From Callorhinchus milii (Eukaryota), in contig NW_024704742.1 in assembly GCF_018977255.1 (NCBI RefSeq), forward strand, positions 39,248,001 to 39,312,000: a stretch of 64,000 bases of DNA, in the 5' to 3' direction. Positions 61,041 through 64,000 of the stretch are shown one piece after another. The first letter of the stretch is position 1, and every line of letters begins with the position of its first letter. The position numbers and the translations under genes are program-made. The notes beneath the pieces were generated by a model that worked only from the letters and a program-made list of their open reading frames with translations, was not told the origin of the DNA and searched no databases.

Positions 61041-62274
61041 GCAAGGATTATTATTATTATTCTTGCAGCCTCTGTATGTTATTACAGGAAATCCTATATT
61101 TCAAATTGCATGCTTTATGGGCTTTAAAATAACTCCAAAAGAATGTCTATAAGCTTTGGACTTTTTACCTATACTGTACCACAAATTGCATAGACATTTG
61201 CCTGGGCTTCATTCCAGCCCAATGATCTTTTCAGAAATCTGATATATTGCTGAGATAGACCAGTTAGATACTCATTAAACAGCAACAATCCCTTTCCAAC
61301 TGGAAATGTGTGTGAATTTTATCAAAGTCAAATCCTTCTACGCAGACAACATTAAAAAAAATGGAATCACGAGAATAGTGTTTCATGGTTTGCAATTAAC
61401 TTGGCAATAAATTGATAAAAAGAAAGCATTTTAAATGGGAAACTGCTGCTTACACATAAGGGAAATATCGAACAAAGCTCATTGCTGGTTCATTGCAACC
61501 ATCTTATTAGCATTGGGGGAAACAGTTGCTCCCCCAGTTTCCCCAAACTTGACATCTTTGTCACTTTACTGACAAATTTCTATCACAATGCTGGGCTGTG
61601 TTTCCATATCAGTAACATTCAGATGCCTAGAAGTCATGCAAAACAAGACAAAGAAAATAATATGGAAGTCTAAAAGGGATTATGAACAAAGAACTTGCAG
61701 ATGGTATCAAGCATAACAGCATTTTATTAAATAAATAAAGAGAACGCAAATACAGGTGTGACCGTAGCCCTGCTAGTTTGCTGATTCCTCTTCTTTTCAG
61801 TGAGAATGTGCAGGATTGTTGCAGATCCTGGGAAGTTTCTCAGAATTGCTAATTTACAGAATTTTCAAGGCAGAGTAGTACATACTCCAGAGTGACACTT
61901 TTATCAGTTTAAGTTCTGAAATTTCTCCCACTAACTTCTCAATACTGCAATTCTATCAACACCCCAGCAGGAGGAGCATACAGAATCAAGCTCCATCGTT
62001 TAGACCACTTTTGATATGTTGCTTCCAAAGCGATTTATGTGCAAGTTTGTCAGTTGTGATTTGCAAGGGGTCACCTACCTGCAGAATATGCTGGAACTGC
62101 AGGATGTAGCTGTGGTCTGGATCTGGTAAAGTACAAAATAATGTACAATTAGGATACAAGAATTAGAATCTACTGGACTAGAAAAGACCTCTAAAAAATT
62201 CCAAATGTAAATAAACCGATTCTTGGTACGAAAGGAAAATGGTAATGTTTTAGTGTGGAGTTAAAATGGCTTAC

Positions 62275-62297
62275 CCCTGGGTCATCATCGATGTCAT
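62275..62297 (-). CDS. CLNK: Candidate CLNK start-codon exon (MTSMMTQG)
   Basis: gaaATGACATCGATGATGACCCAGGG|gtaagc; strong donor; phase 2 fits 54318; mouse Clnk begins MTSQG as recalled. Confidence 0.3.
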
Positions 62298-62674
62298 TTC
62301 CTATTCTGCACAAGTGCAAGAAAGCAGGAAGTGGCATAGATGGTGACCCAATCACCCAGAAGCCAGCCATTTAGGCGCAAGGCAACCTGCATGTGGGAAG
62401 ATTGTGCACATGTTCAGGGAATGAAGTCTACACTACAATAACACTGCACTGTGCTCGATTTCCTGTGTGCAAATTGGCTTTGTGTTCATCCCCCAAAATA
62501 CCGTCACATCACTTAACAGTAAATCTTGTGAAGTACTTTGAGATGTTCTCCCGAAGTGAAAGGTGCAATACCAAATTTAACAATTATTATTATAACCATG
62601 TTAGAACAAAATTCGCACTATAAAGAACCATGTTATTATGGGGTTGCACTTTAGATATGTTTACTCTAGACTGT

Positions 62675-62990
62675 GGAGTCCTGTAGCTCAGTGGTTAGAA
62701 AACTCGCTTTGCAAGCGAGACACCTGGGTTCAATTCCAGGCAGGTCAGGGCGAAACCTTGAGCAAGTTTCCTTATTCCACACACCTAATAATAATCCCTC
62801 CAAAACAATAATAAATTGGTCATTTTCAATCCACAACTGTTTGTGGGACACTGCTGTGCGCAATTGGCTGCCGCGTTTCGCCCACAAATATACGATCAAT
62901 TCACTTTACAGTCTATTCTGTGAAGCGCTTTGAGACGTCGAGAATACGTGAAAAAACGTTATATCAAATGCAAGAATTATTATTATTATT
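62675..62990 (+). mobile_element. Full-length tRNA/Deu-SINE
   Basis: ggagtcctgtagctcagtggttag..ttgcaa..ggttcaattcc head, Deu core, (ATT)n. Confidence 0.9.
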
Positions 62991-64000
62991 TATTAAAGAT
63001 ATCTATTTTTCTGTTAAATTTACTGATACAATCTGCCTCCAGCACTTCCTGGATATTTCATTCTACTCATTCACCACTCTCCATATAACGTAATTAAATC
63101 TAAACTGTCCTCTTTGCCTTCTTTCTTCAGAGGCTGTGTGCAAGTCCCCTTGCTGTATATTTATTTGACTACGTAAGATGTATTATAAAGCATTAATCGA
63201 GTAAAGTTGCTCTCTGTCAACAGCTATTATTCAAACATAACAGTAGATGTTAAATTTAGCTGGAATAATCCAATATCCCATTCTGGTTCCTGCTTCCAAT
63301 CCCATGGAATTCACAAATATTGATTCATTGGCTTGTCACATTAATAAGAGTATACAATGTGTCTTCTGCACATTCTCCAGCCTTTAATGTGCTATTTTCA
63401 AAGGTGACAGCTCTTTGAAGAGTTCCCAGGTTTGGACTGGAATGTGCACTTCAAGCCTTCAGCTTTCCGTGTCACTTCAGGAATGTGAAGTCATTTTTCA
63501 ACTACATTGTTTTTAAATGCTTAATTTTATACAATCCCATTATTTATGGTGAATGTTTTACTTCCTGGTTCGCCGTCAGTCTATTCTTGGTGACTCCTCA
63601 CCTCCCACTCCCCACTGCTCTCGCTGTTACTCCTCACCTCTCGTGTCTCTCTATTTAACCATTGCACCAAAACATGAGGGCTTCTATATTCCTTTTTTCA
63701 AGTATTTTATAGCATTGCTTGCATTTCATATTTTGCCTTTTACGTAAGGAGGATGTCTCAAAGCACTTCACACGATCCGCTCTAATCTGGTGTTACTGTG
63801 TATTTTGGATTGTGTGAACTCGACAGCCAAGCGAAATTTAGTCTCTGGATGGTCCAAAATCTGATGGCTAATCTGAAACCATTTTCAGAATGGAGCTCTA
63901 AAGCTACTTCAATGAACACAGCAAGATAATAATTATGTGCGGGATGTGTGCGAGATGAGAGTGGGGACGGGGACAATTGACAAGAAGGGTGTGAGTGTGT

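Noticed and set aside
62675..62750. tRNA-Ala(TGC)-like gene (also 18050, 23610, 24124 and others)
   Set aside because: Each runs into a Deu core and LINE tail, so these are SINE heads, not tRNA genes.

Overview
Vertebrate genomic DNA, most likely from a cartilaginous fish. The abundant tRNA/Deu-domain SINE resembles the elephant-shark (Callorhinchus) SINE2 family, which points to a holocephalan. The window holds two convergent genes. On +, a single coding exon encodes a 1800-aa C2H2 zinc-finger protein, ZNF518B (5471-10873). On -, a multi-exon SLP-76-family adaptor, CLNK/MIST, could be reconstructed by hand as 15 phase-consistent exons from 46464 to the stop at 24741, plus less certain 5' exons up to ~62.3 kb. 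The rest is SINE, CR1, L2 and Penelope debris plus tandem repeats. Four observations stand out. (1) A 102-nt, 98/102-identical inverted copy of the CLNK exon encoding the Gads/Grb2-type PSVDRRAKP motif, including both splice sites, lies 344 nt into the next intron. It carries its own competing 19-bp hairpin and is a candidate RNA-structure splicing/editing switch. (2) An in-frame 21-bp coding VNTR adds about 50 proline-rich heptads to CLNK. (3) An Ig-switch-like AGCT pentamer array lies 5' of ZNF518B. (4) Penelope-derived hammerhead-like cores are present. Gene identities rest on remembered human/mouse protein sequences; no database search was run.
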